DNA of 64,000 bases from Ministeria vibrans ATCC 50519 (taxonomy: Eukaryota > Protista > Filasterea), in assembly GCA_943704425.1 (NCBI GenBank), contig CALSCP010002121.1, positions 44,624 through 108,623 on the forward strand, read 5' to 3'. This document shows, piece after piece, positions 1-12,875 of this stretch. The translations under genes and the position numbers were made by a program. Below the pieces are notes generated by a model, which worked only from the letters and a program-made list of their open reading frames with translations, ran no database searches and was not told the DNA's origin. Each line of letters starts with the position of its first letter. The first letter of the stretch is position 1.

Positions 1-77
<77 letters not shown>
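1..77. repeat. (TC)n microsatellite in an intron; a second one lies at 255-355
   Basis: Perfect dinucleotide runs. Confidence 0.95.
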
Positions 78-83
<6 letters not shown>

Positions 84-91
84 TCTGATAG

Positions 92-1084
<993 letters not shown>

Positions 1085-1183
1085 TAACTTGTTATTTGAA
1101 TGAATCCTACTGCCTACTCTCCTCTTTCTCCTTCTTTTTCAACATGCGTTTCTTTGTCATGGATTTTATTATTATTATTATTG

Positions 1184-4100
1184 TTATTGTACAACGCCAC
1201 GAAGCACCATATCGACTTCGGAGCGTACAAGAGCACATAGATGCATTCCAACGAGGGATTCGGCAGCAACAACGGTAGTGGCGACGGACTGGACGGATGC
1301 GGCCAGAGTTGAGTCGCAGCTGATGGCACGACGGAGGTCGCTGTGAGAGAGAAGGGCAAGCAGCGCATGTGCTTGGTTGCCGAGGGCGAGACAGTCGGAA
1401 AGTTGGGCAATGGAGGTGTGCAGAAGGGGCGGGTGGGTGGCGAGCAGCGAGAGGGCGGTGCGTTGGAGAAAGGGGGCACTTGGAAGGCCCGAGTGAGCTC
1501 GTGAATGGGCGAGTGCCGAAAGGGTCAGTGGGGGCAACCAGGTGGGCGTGTTGGTGCAGGGGACACTAGCAAGGTGAGTGTGCAACAGAAGCAAGGCAAG
1601 TGCGGCATCTTCGGGGAGCGCACCACTGGTACACAGTTGCTCGGCCTGTTCGTCGACCGAGTCGAGCACAAGTGCGCCGTGCCGCGCGAGCATGGCAAGC
1701 GTGTCGCGAATGACCGTATCGCGCCATTGCCATTCATTGCGCGAGAACTGTGACACGACCAAGAGACGGAGAGTAGAGCTGTTGTCGCTCGTTGATGCTG
1801 TCGTTTCGGCGCGAAAGGTTGCCAGAGAGCGACGGGTGTACCCTGTGAGTACGGTCATGACAAGAGACAAAAAGACGCCATCCTGTGCGTTGTCGTCGTC
1901 GTTATTGTCGTCTTTATTGCTGCTGTTGTTGTTGTTGTCGTTGTCATGTGACTCGGGACTCCAACGACGTCGCATGAGCAGCTCAAGAAGGAACGATACG
2001 ACAGAGGAGGAGAGACACACAAGAGAACTAGGCGAGTCGGACATGTGTGCGTCGCCATCGGCATCGTCGCCCTTGTCATTGGTGTTGTCATCGTCGTCTT
2101 CTTCTTCTCGTTCGTGAGCAACACAACAACTGGCAAGCGCACGCCAGAAGGGCATGGAGAGTGACGAGAAGTGGAAGAGGAGACGGACAGCGTCGAGCTG
2201 AACAGAGACCGGCAGGCGCACAAAGGGGCCGTAGTAATCGTCCTCTTGATCGACGACAGTGTGGAAGAAGGGCACAAGCGACGCTTGACACGCGTCAATG
2301 AGTGGCACACCATTGCACTCCATGCCACAGAGACCCGCTCGGTTGAGCACGGCTAGGATGAGACGCGAACACTCGGGCGTTTGTGTGTCGAGTTCCCACA
2401 GGAGCCGAGGCAGCGACTGGACCCAGCGAACAAGAAGGGCGCCTACAGGCGAACTGCCCGTTGTCCCTGTTCCTGTGTCCTGGCGGTGCTGCTGGAGCAG
2501 CGCGTCAGAAAGGAACTGCACCAGATGTGGTTTGGTGGGACTGTGGCTGGGACAGGCGTCGTGGCAGGCGAGCACACCCTCGATGAGGGTGACACGCACA
2601 TCGGCAACGTGTCGTGCGAGAGGTGCCAAATCGTCGTTGGGCTCGATATGGTCGTCGACGTCGCTCGTAGTTGTCGATTTCGTAGTGGGACGAGGAGAGG
2701 GAGTGACGGCAAGAAGGAGAGTGAGCACACGAAGGGCGGCAATGCAGCTGGTTTCGTGGCGCACAAGCGCACTGCGGTGCTGCGTGAGAAGCAGCTCCAT
2801 AAAGTCGACAATGGGGCGACACAAATCGGGACGCAGACGCAAGAGTACCGTGGCAAACTCAAGATTCGTTTGGACAAGTTTCGGTGAGCTCTGGTGCGAC
2901 CAGAGCGCGAGACCGCCGAAAGGGAAGATGGGCACAAAATGACGTTCAAGATCGGACGCGCGCGAACGCAACAGACGATCGTCACGACGACGACGACGCT
3001 GCTGGTGCGCCGTAGACGCATCCAAGATAACCTGACGACGGTCCTCTTCGTCCACAAGAGCCGCCAGACGATGCCAGAGCTGACTCAAGAGAAACACGAC
3101 ACTGCCCATGCATTCAACTGTGTCGGCACCGACTGCCGATGCCGGATTGCACTCGAGCCAACACTGTACAAGTAAGGGAAACAACTGCGAAAGAAAATCA
3201 CGCACACCATCGACAGTAAACACATCCAAATGATCTGTTTGAGGCGCATCAAAGACAGACGAAGAAGAGGCAGGAGCAGATGCAGAAGATGACGCGGTCG
3301 AATGGGCCGAGGAGACGCCCGAGGGAAAGAGAACGGGCGGACGGTGCAGGCGCGTGTTGCTGTCGCCGCCGTACACTGCTCGTCCCTGAGCAAATATCTA
3401 CAACGAGGAGCATGCATCGTTAGAGATTGAGCGCTCTCTTCACATTCACATTCGTACTTGGACTGAGTGAGAAGGCCATTGAGTGGTATTGGACCAGTCG
3501 AGCGAGAGTGCTTTGGTTGGAGTACGGTCGTTTGCAGCCGAGGCGTACGCTGCGTCAAGAATGCTCGTCATGAGCTTGTGGAGGCGCTGGAGGACACCGG
3601 CACGTGCCTGGGTCGAGCCAATGCGCGACGAGGGGTCGACGAGCAGGGTATTTCCGGCGCCCGCTGCGGCTGCCGTCGCCGACGAGAGGGGTCCACGACC
3701 GGCCGACTGCAGCGAGATAGCACTGGGGCCCAGTTTAGTTTGCTTGTGAGAGAGCATGCCGAGGAAGCAGGGGATGAGGGCGTCAGCATGGTCGCGAAGC
3801 AGGTCGGGACAGTGCTCGAGCCAGAGGTCCATAAACTCAAGGGCATCGAGACGCACACCGTCGCGAATGTGCGACAGAGCAGCCGCCGTGTGCATGATGG
3901 GCACACTGATGTGGGGGTGTGACGTGACCTGTGGCAGCGACTTGAGGAGCAGGCGGTAGAAGTGAGCGCCTGCAGATCGCACTGATCGATCCAAATCGGC
4001 AATGAGCGACGCTGTACGTTCCAGCACGACGCCTAGCTGGTCTTTGAGGATGGCGGGGTGTCGTTCAAGGATCTGCAGAATGCCGTCGAGGGCGTCCGTG

Positions 4101-4540
4101 CGTATTTTGACGTTGTAGTGGCGCAGTTTGACAAGGAGTTCCTACGACGCGATCATTGAGCGCACATTCCTCGCCTCCCGCGGTCTTCTTACGCTCAGCG
4201 TTCGCCCCCGATCACTTGTAGCCATCTCACCGTCGACGGTGCGCAGATTCTGTTCGCGGACAATGATGGCACTAGAGTGGAACGGGAGTGGTGAGTAAAC
4301 TTGGCGGACCGCGTGGAAAGACACCGACACTTGCGCGAGTCTCCACAAGCACCTTACCCGGCTTTGAAGGAGGTGTCCGTTGCATTGGCGGGCTTCAAAG
4401 GGCCCTTGCCCACGCGTAGCTTGACTTTTTGAAAGTCCTTTTGCTGAGGAGACAATGTCAGTTCGTGCAGAAAAAGGCTGAAGGTCAGCGCAGCGCCAGC
4501 AGTATACCTTGAGCTTTTCTTTTCTCTTGGAGAAGCCCAT
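1184..4540 (-). CDS. TEX10: TEX10/IPI1 Rix1-complex pre-rRNA processing protein, 5 exons
   Basis: Spliced N-terminus KDFQKVKLRVGKG..NATDTSFK, ELLVKLRHYNVKIRTDALDG; Ipi1_N-like AALSHIRDGVRLDAL; LFPLLVQCWLE. Confidence 0.88.
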
Positions 4541-5044
4541 AGCGAGTGAGTAACGAAATAATTAATAATAATAATTAATTATTTATTTTTTGAGAAGTCC
4601 AGATCAACAAAATTAATCAGTCTGTCCAGCGTTAAAAAATTGTACCACTTCAAACAAGTGTGAACAAAGAATCAAAGAGAGTAGGACAGAGTAGAGATAA
4701 GAGACTTGTCATTTGATTCACAAAGTGTTCACTAGTGTGAAGTAAATTGCAACTCAAAGCAGAAGTTATTTATTCATTATCGAATGGTTTGAATCACTTT
4801 GTTTCTTCCCTCACTCTCTATCTCTCTATCACTTATTTATCCACTTTGTTTCTTTCTCCTCTCTCTCTCTCTCTCTATCACTTATTTATTCACTTTTTTC
4901 TTTCTCCTCTGACCTCTCTCTCTCTATCACTTTGTTTCTCTCTCCTCTCTCTCTCTATCACTTTGTTCCTTTCTCCTCTCTCTCTCTCTATCACTTTGTT
5001 CCTTTCTCCTCTCTCTCTCTCTCCTTTCTCTCACTTTCCGCCCC

Positions 5045-8000
5045 TCAACACGGCGCTCCCCAGTTGGGCTTTGGGAGTGTCCATGAGCGGGCACCAGTTA
5101 AAAAATTCACTGGCTCGCTTGAAATTTGCGACACACACCAGCCAGACAGATCCTGGTTGAAATTGTCGGCATTGAGGAACATTGTGCCCATGTTCGTCAC
5201 CTTCGACACATCCCACTGTGAAATATCCGCGTTGAAGGCCGAACATGCTGCGAACATTTGGCCCATGTCCGTCACCGTTGAAACATTCCACTGTGAAAGA
5301 TCCGAGTTGAAGGACCGCGCAAGCTGAAACATGCCGTTCATCGAGGTGATTGAACTCGTATCCCATGTCGAGACGTTCCCGTTGAACGACGAGGCGCCAG
5401 AGAACATGTGCGAGGCGGATGTGATTTTGTGCATATCCCATTGATCGAGATCACTGTTGAACGATGTGGCTTCGCTAAACATGGCCTGCATATTCTGGAC
5501 TTTGCCCACATCCCATTGAGAGAGATCGCTAGTGAACGCGGAGGCGCGATAAAACATCCTGGCCATGGAAGTGACAGAGCTGACGTTCCATGGAGACAAA
5601 TCTCCGACGAACGCATCCGCGTTTGAAAACATGTACTCCATGTCCGTCACAGAACCGACATCCCAACGCGAAATGTCACCGTTGAATACGCTTGCACCCA
5701 AAAACATAGAGTTCATGTCTTCCACGGAGCTTACATCCCAGTACGAGATGTTACCATTGAACACAACGGCATTGTCAAACATGGTGGTCATGCGTGTGAC
5801 CCGACTCACGTCCCAATTGGACAGATCCGAGTTGAACGAAACGGCATTCTGAAAGACAGATTCCATACTTGTAGTCTTCCCCACGTCCCAATCCGACAGA
5901 TCCGAGTTGAAGGCCTCTGCGCGGCGAAACATTCGGACTATGGATGTCACAGAGCTGACGTTCCAGCGAGACAGGTCGGACGTAAACGTAGCAGCGGTTT
6001 GAAACATGTTCTTCATGTTAGTGACTGAGCCCACGTCCCACTGGGATAAATCCGAGTTGAAAACTGACGTTGCTGAAAACATCTCTTGCATGTTTTTAAC
6101 TGAGCTCACGTCCCATTGCGAGAGGTCAGCGTCGAACACACTCGCCTCCTTAAACATGAGGCTCATGTCTACAGCGGAGCTGACGTCCCACTGCGAGAGA
6201 TCAGAGTTGAAAACTGAGGCCTTGCGAAACATGCTCGCCATGCTTTGAACTGAACTAACGTCCCACGTCGAAATGTTCCCGTTGAAGAGCTCGGCTCCAA
6301 AAAACATGTGACTCATGGTTGTCACGGAGCTGACGTCCCACGAGTCAAGATCCTGGTTAAATCTGGTGGCAGCAAGGAACATTTCGTTCATGTCCACGAC
6401 CGAGCTCACATCCCATGGCGACAGGTCCGAGTTGAGCGACAAGGAACCCCTAAACATTTTTCCCATGTTGGTAACGGAGCTGACGTTCCACAACGAGAGG
6501 TCAGTGTTGAACGTGCGGGCGTTTTCAAACAGGGACTCCATGTCCATGACCGAGCTCACGTCCCATTGTGAGAGGTCACTGTTGAAGGTGCTCAAGTCGT
6601 AGAACATTCTTTCCATATTGGGCGTCTGACTCAAGTCTGGTGAAGTCGTGTCAGAGATGACCAGACTTTGCACATCAACAAAATGATTCGTGGTGTTGCC
6701 GAAGACGAGAGGTCCCCACAGGATAATTTCAGTTAATTTCACGGCGTTTGAGCTGCCGCTACCTGAAGCTGAGAAGCCAACAATAGTTCCATTGATGAGG
6801 ACTGTGTACTCGCCCGGCGAAGCATACGTGTGTGTCGCCTCGGCCTGGTCAGCAGAGGTGATCGTGTCCGACGTTCCGTCGCCCCACTGCACAAAGCAGT
6901 TGTACGTGCCGGTGCTGGTGAATGGCAACGTCACTTGGTTGGTAGGTGTTCCCAGCGCAGTGTTCCATCGGGAGACAAAGTAATAAGACTCACCGCAATC
7001 TTCACCAAAGTGGGGAAACACACAGGAGCAGACAGCAACAATGCCCACAGTATTGCATGTTCCCCCATTTTGACACGGAGATGAGCTGCACGGTTCAATT
7101 GAGGGGCCCTCAACATCGATCATTGTCAAGTGGTTCAACAGAATGCTGCAGTCGACGCCTTCGGCGCTCACCACGTCGCCCACGACCAGTGGCTGTCCGG
7201 CACTGTTACGCGGCTCGCATGTCGTCTCTAGGACGCTTTGGATGACCATGGTCGTGATCAACGGCGTCGGTGATCCTCCTGACGTGCTTGCAAGCACACC
7301 GACAGACGCGGTGACACCGCCCCAGCTAGGAATCAGTGCTGCCAGCTTCGTGTGCACCAGCGTCGCTCCCGTGGCGATCACGGATGCCTTGTAACTGACA
7401 AAGTAGTGTTTGGCACTGTTGCCCGTCGCGAGTGCTGCACCCGTTTCGTCCACAAGCTTTAGCGTTACATCGCCACCATGACAATACATGTCCACACGGC
7501 AGTAGGTGATACCAGGAGCGCCGAGCAATTCCTCACATGTATTGCCGATGTACTCGGGGAGACAGTCGCATGAGAAGGTTCCCGTTGCGACATGGGTGGT
7601 GCAGCTGCCGCCGTTTTGGCAGGGTGATGACAAACAGAACGTGTTGTTAGTCTGGCATTGCGCGCCGATCCACCCAAGCACGCAGTCACATGCGAACATG
7701 TTCACATTCGGTTGTGTGCAGTTCCCGTTGTTCATACATGGCGACGAGGCGCACTCGTCGATGTCGACAAGACACTGTGCTCCCAGGGTACCAGGCACAC
7801 ACGAGCACACACTGCCACTGATCACCTGACCTGCGTTGAGCACCCCCTGCGAGTAGTCCACGGGACCCGTCCAGCTGAAGTCGCTGTAGTGTGCTCCGGT
7901 GCCCGTCAGCTGCAGTGACTTGGTACTCGAACCCGAGTTGGTCTCCTCCACGCCAATGTCGATGCTGTGGTACGTGACGCCATTGAGGGTGTACGTTGCG

Positions 8001-9606
8001 TCACCTTCCCACGAGAGGAACAGTGGCGTTAATGTCTCCGAGTCGTCCACTACAAATATAATTATCATAAGTCATGGAATGAGACGTAATAAGAAGATGT
8101 GTCATGAGTGTGATTGATTTTTACCGAGCATCAAGCCACTGTGGGCAGCATTGACAACACCTGTGTGCGGCACAAAGATGCCGCCGTAGCCAGTACCGTC
8201 GTCGGGCAACGTAAGACCTGTGAGGTCCTCCAGAGAATCACCCGTGGGCGTCGCAACAAACTCTCCCTGTGCATTTGGTGTTGAAGACCCTGAGAGAATG
8301 ATCACCTTGAAGGGTGACAAGTCGGTGCCGGCCGGTCCGAAAATTTCAAAGCCTTCGTTGCTGTCGGTGTTGGTGTCGTCGTAGTGGATCTCGTTAATCC
8401 AGATAGGCCACACGCGGGGCACGTTGGTCATTGCGCCGTTTTGGCACTGAGGAAAGAGCAGACACGCGAAGCTGTTGACACGATCTTCGCATACTTCGTT
8501 GCCGGCGCACGGGCTGGAGGCGCACTCGTCAATGTTGATGTCGCAAAGAATGCCGGTGTAGCCGTCGACGCATGAGCAAAAAAGAGTATTGAAGGCAGGT
8601 GTAGAGCAGCTGGCACCATTCTGGCAGGGCGACGAGGCACACTCGTCGAAGTCGACAAGACACTGTGCTCCCCCGTAGCCACCAACGCACCCACACACAC
8701 TGCCGTTGATCACCTGACCTGCGTTGAGCACCCCCTGCGAGTAGTCCACGGGACCCGTCCAGCTGAAGTCGCTGTAGTGTGCTCCGGTGCCCGTCAGCTG
8801 CAGTGACTTGGTACTCGAACCCGAGTTGGTCTCCTCCACGCCAATGTCGATGCTGTGGTACGTGACGCCATTGAGGGTGTACGTTGCGTCACCTTCCCAC
8901 GAGAGGAACAGTGGCGTAAATGTCTCCGAGTCGTCCACTACAAATATAATTATCATAAGTCATGGAATGAGACGTAATAAGAAGATGTGTCATGAGTGTG
9001 ATTGATTTTTACCGAGCATCAAGCCACTGTGGGCAGCATTGACAACACCTGTGTGCGGCACAAAGATGCCGCCGTAGCCAGTACCGTCGTCGGGCAACGT
9101 AAGACCTGTGAGGTCCTCCAGAGAATCACCCGTGGGCGTCGCAACAAACTCTCCCTGTGCATTTGGTGTTGAAGACCCTGAGAGAATGATCACCTTGAAG
9201 GGTGACAAGTCGGTGCCGGCCGGTCCGAAAATTTCAAAGCCTTCGTTGCTGTCGGTGTTGGTGTCGTCGTAGTGGATCTCGTTAATCCAGATAGGCCACA
9301 CGNNNNNNNNNNNNNNNNNNNNNNNNNNNNNNNNNNNNNNNNNNNNNNNNNNNNNNNNNNNNNNNNNNNNNNNNNNNNNNNNNNNNNNNNNNNNNNNNNN
9401 NCCTTGAAGGGTGACAAGTCGGTGCCGGCCGGTCCGAAAATTTCAAAGCCTTCGTTGCTGTCGGTGTTGGTGTCGTCGTAGTGGATCTCGTTAATCCAGA
9501 TAGGCCACACGTGGGGCACGTTGGTCATTGCGCCGTTTTGGCACGGTGGAAACGTCGCTGCTGTGCCAACAATGACGCAGAGAAGAAAGATAATCAAACG
9601 TCTCAT
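5045..9606 (-). CDS. Secreted mosaic protein: signal peptide, at least 2 bacterial-type lamin-tail-like domains each followed by EGF repeats, an unknown domain, EGF, PKD-like domain, 20 DUF285/BspA-type 25-aa repeats
   Basis: Signal MRRLIIFLLCVIVGTAA; WINEIHYDDTNTDSNEGFEIFGPAGTDLS; Ca-EGF DIDECASSPC; WGDG..HTYASPGEYTV; (FNSDLSQWDVSSVxxMxxMF)n. 75-nt introns at 8050-8124 and 8938-9012. N gap at 9303-9401. Confidence 0.8.
7819..9302. repeat. Intragenic direct duplication: 7819-8414 is almost identical to 8707-9302 (offset 888 bp); a third partial copy lies at 9402-9545
   Basis: Sequence is near identical, including the intron; I saw one difference (GGCGTTAAT vs GGCGTAAAT). Confidence 0.9.
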
Positions 9607-9700
9607 GATGCCTACAATATAATATAATTACACTCAGTACAGACACTAATTATAATGATTGTCTTAAAATAAATAATAATAATATAAGAATACAACCCAT

Positions 9701-9772
<72 letters not shown>
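9701..9772. repeat. (TAA)n followed by (TTA)n, forming a palindromic microsatellite
   Basis: About 13 TAA units abut about 10 TTA units. Confidence 0.9.
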
Positions 9773-10589
9773 ATTGTTACTATTTTTGTCATCGAATAAT
9801 TGTGTCTCAATAAAAAAAACTGTGTGTGTGAAACTAGCAGACTACTCCGTAGATTTCTTCAGACACAGACACANNNNNNNNNNNNNNNNNNNNNNNNNNN
9901 NNNNNNNNNNNNNNNNNNNNNNNNNNNNNNNNNNNNNNNNNNNNNNNNNNNNNNNNNNNNNNNNNNNNNNNNNNNNNNNNNNNNNNNNNNNNNNNNNNNN
10001 NNNNNNNNNNNNNNNNNNNNNNNNNNNNNNNNNNNNNNNNNNNNNNNNNNNNNNNNNNNNNNNNNNNNNNNNNNNNNNNNNNNNNNNNNNNNNNNNNNNN
10101 NNNNNNNNNNNNNNNNNNNNNNNNNNNNNNNNNNNNNNNNNNNNNNNNNNNNNNNNNNNNNNNNNNNNNNNNNNNNNNNNNNNNNNNNNNNNNNNNNNNN
10201 NNNNNNNNNNNNNNNNNNNNNNNNNNNNNNNNNNNNNNNNNNNNNNNNNNNNNNNNNNNNNNNNNNNNNNNNNNNNGCGTACTGCGTTACGGCGTATCAG
10301 CCAGCATAAAAAGAGAAGCGAAAGGAAACCGAAAACGAAGAAAACGCTGATTTTTGTGGACGTTTGCTGTGACTGGCACAGTGACACAGGCACAGCCTTG
10401 GCCCTATTTAGCAACGCCACTTCCCTGGGCATCTTGCGTAAGGTAAGTGCCATTGTGAACCCATTATTTTATTACCTGTTAAAAATAAAAGTATTGAGAT
10501 AATTATTGACTATTTTCTAACAAATAAATGGGCATTCCCTTGAAGTATTTTTCTTCTAATTGTGTGTCGCCTCTCAAGGACAAAATATA

Positions 10590-11075
10590 CAACCCACTGA
10601 GGGCATCCAAGTACCTGAGCAAGATGCCGAAGAGGTCTGGACAGGTGCTACTGCTGCTGCGCTGCAACACACTCATCACGGGCACCACCTGCATCTGCCG
10701 TGGCCTGAGGGGCCCAGCTTTTGCTCGCTTCAACATTCCGGCTGGTGCGACGGCCGATACGTTTAGGTGTTGGGCGTGCGCAGCCGTCCCACAGCCACAG
10801 CAACAACTACCACAACAACAACTGCAACAACCACCGCTGAAAAGTCCAGAACACTTTCTGCTCCACTGTGCTCACCCAGCGGTGTTCCGACACCGACCCG
10901 ACTCACTGGTCGGGAAGACCCTTGCCGAGGCTTTGCGCGCAGCCAACGACACACATTACGAAGCATCCCATCTCCTGGGGGGAGATGTACAGACGCTTCA
11001 TTCGCCGTTTCGCCTGACCGGCACTTCACATTTTGGCACTTTGTCAAGAGCAACAATAATTGTAATAATAATAAG
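10590..11075 (+). mobile_element. 5'-truncated non-LTR retrotransposon relic (ORF2 C-terminal CCHC knuckle) with a (TAA)n tail
   Basis: LLLLRCNTL...CWAC-(polyQ)-KSPEHFLLHC matches the C-x2-C...H-x4-C knuckle of LINE ORF2 C-termini; it is followed by TAA repeats. Confidence 0.55.
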
Positions 11076-11406
11076 AAGAATACAATCCATGTAATTAATG
11101 ATACAGTCGCCACGCGAACAAACAACCAGACCACCTTGCAAACTCAACCGAAACTCTAGAGGTAACATGGAAGAACAGTGGCAGGTCAGAGTGCTGTGTC
11201 GACGCTATCCAGTGAGGCAATCGCAATGGTACGCCATACCCCCAGAGGAGGCTTAGGGCTCTGACACCAAAGATGTCTGTCTCAGACTGTCTGTAACTTG
11301 TAAGGAGTGTAAAGTCGAAGTCGTGGTTGAAGCAATCGGATCGGTGGTCAGCGGCGACAAGTCCAGATAATAGTAATAGTAGTAATAAAATAATAATAAT
11401 AATAAC

Positions 11407-11440
<34 letters not shown>

Positions 11441-11687
11441 GCATCCGTATTGTTACTATTACAATGAATATTACGTCTTTTTTATTTATTTTTCAACTGT
11501 TTCAATGTACCCTATTTGTTTTTTTTAAAAAAAAACAATTGAGAGGTGAAATATGAATCATGGCTTCAAGCTTGATTTCAAATCAATACGTAGTCTTGTA
11601 AAATCAACCATTGTCGACTTCTGCTCAACATAAAAAATAATAATAATACAGTGGCAGTCGGTTTGTACTGATGTCTCTGGCTTTAGT

Positions 11688-12783
<1,096 letters not shown>

Positions 12784-12875
12784 GAATTTCTGTAAAGAGT
12801 GGGGAAAAGAAATGAGCTGACTTGACGAAGATCAGTCTGATCAGAACACAAAAAATTCATTTTATTTCATTTTCT

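Noticed and set aside
5045-6970. Bacterial contamination explaining the BspA region
   Set aside because: It is in frame with eukaryotic EGF repeats, in a gene with GT-AG introns, and contiguous with host-type repeats.
10340-10450. U1 snRNA-like sequence on the minus strand (ACTTACCT followed by two hairpins)
   Set aside because: The U1-70K and U1A loop sequences, stem III and a same-strand Sm site are missing. ACTTACCT is simply the complement of a plus-strand AG|GTAAGT donor.
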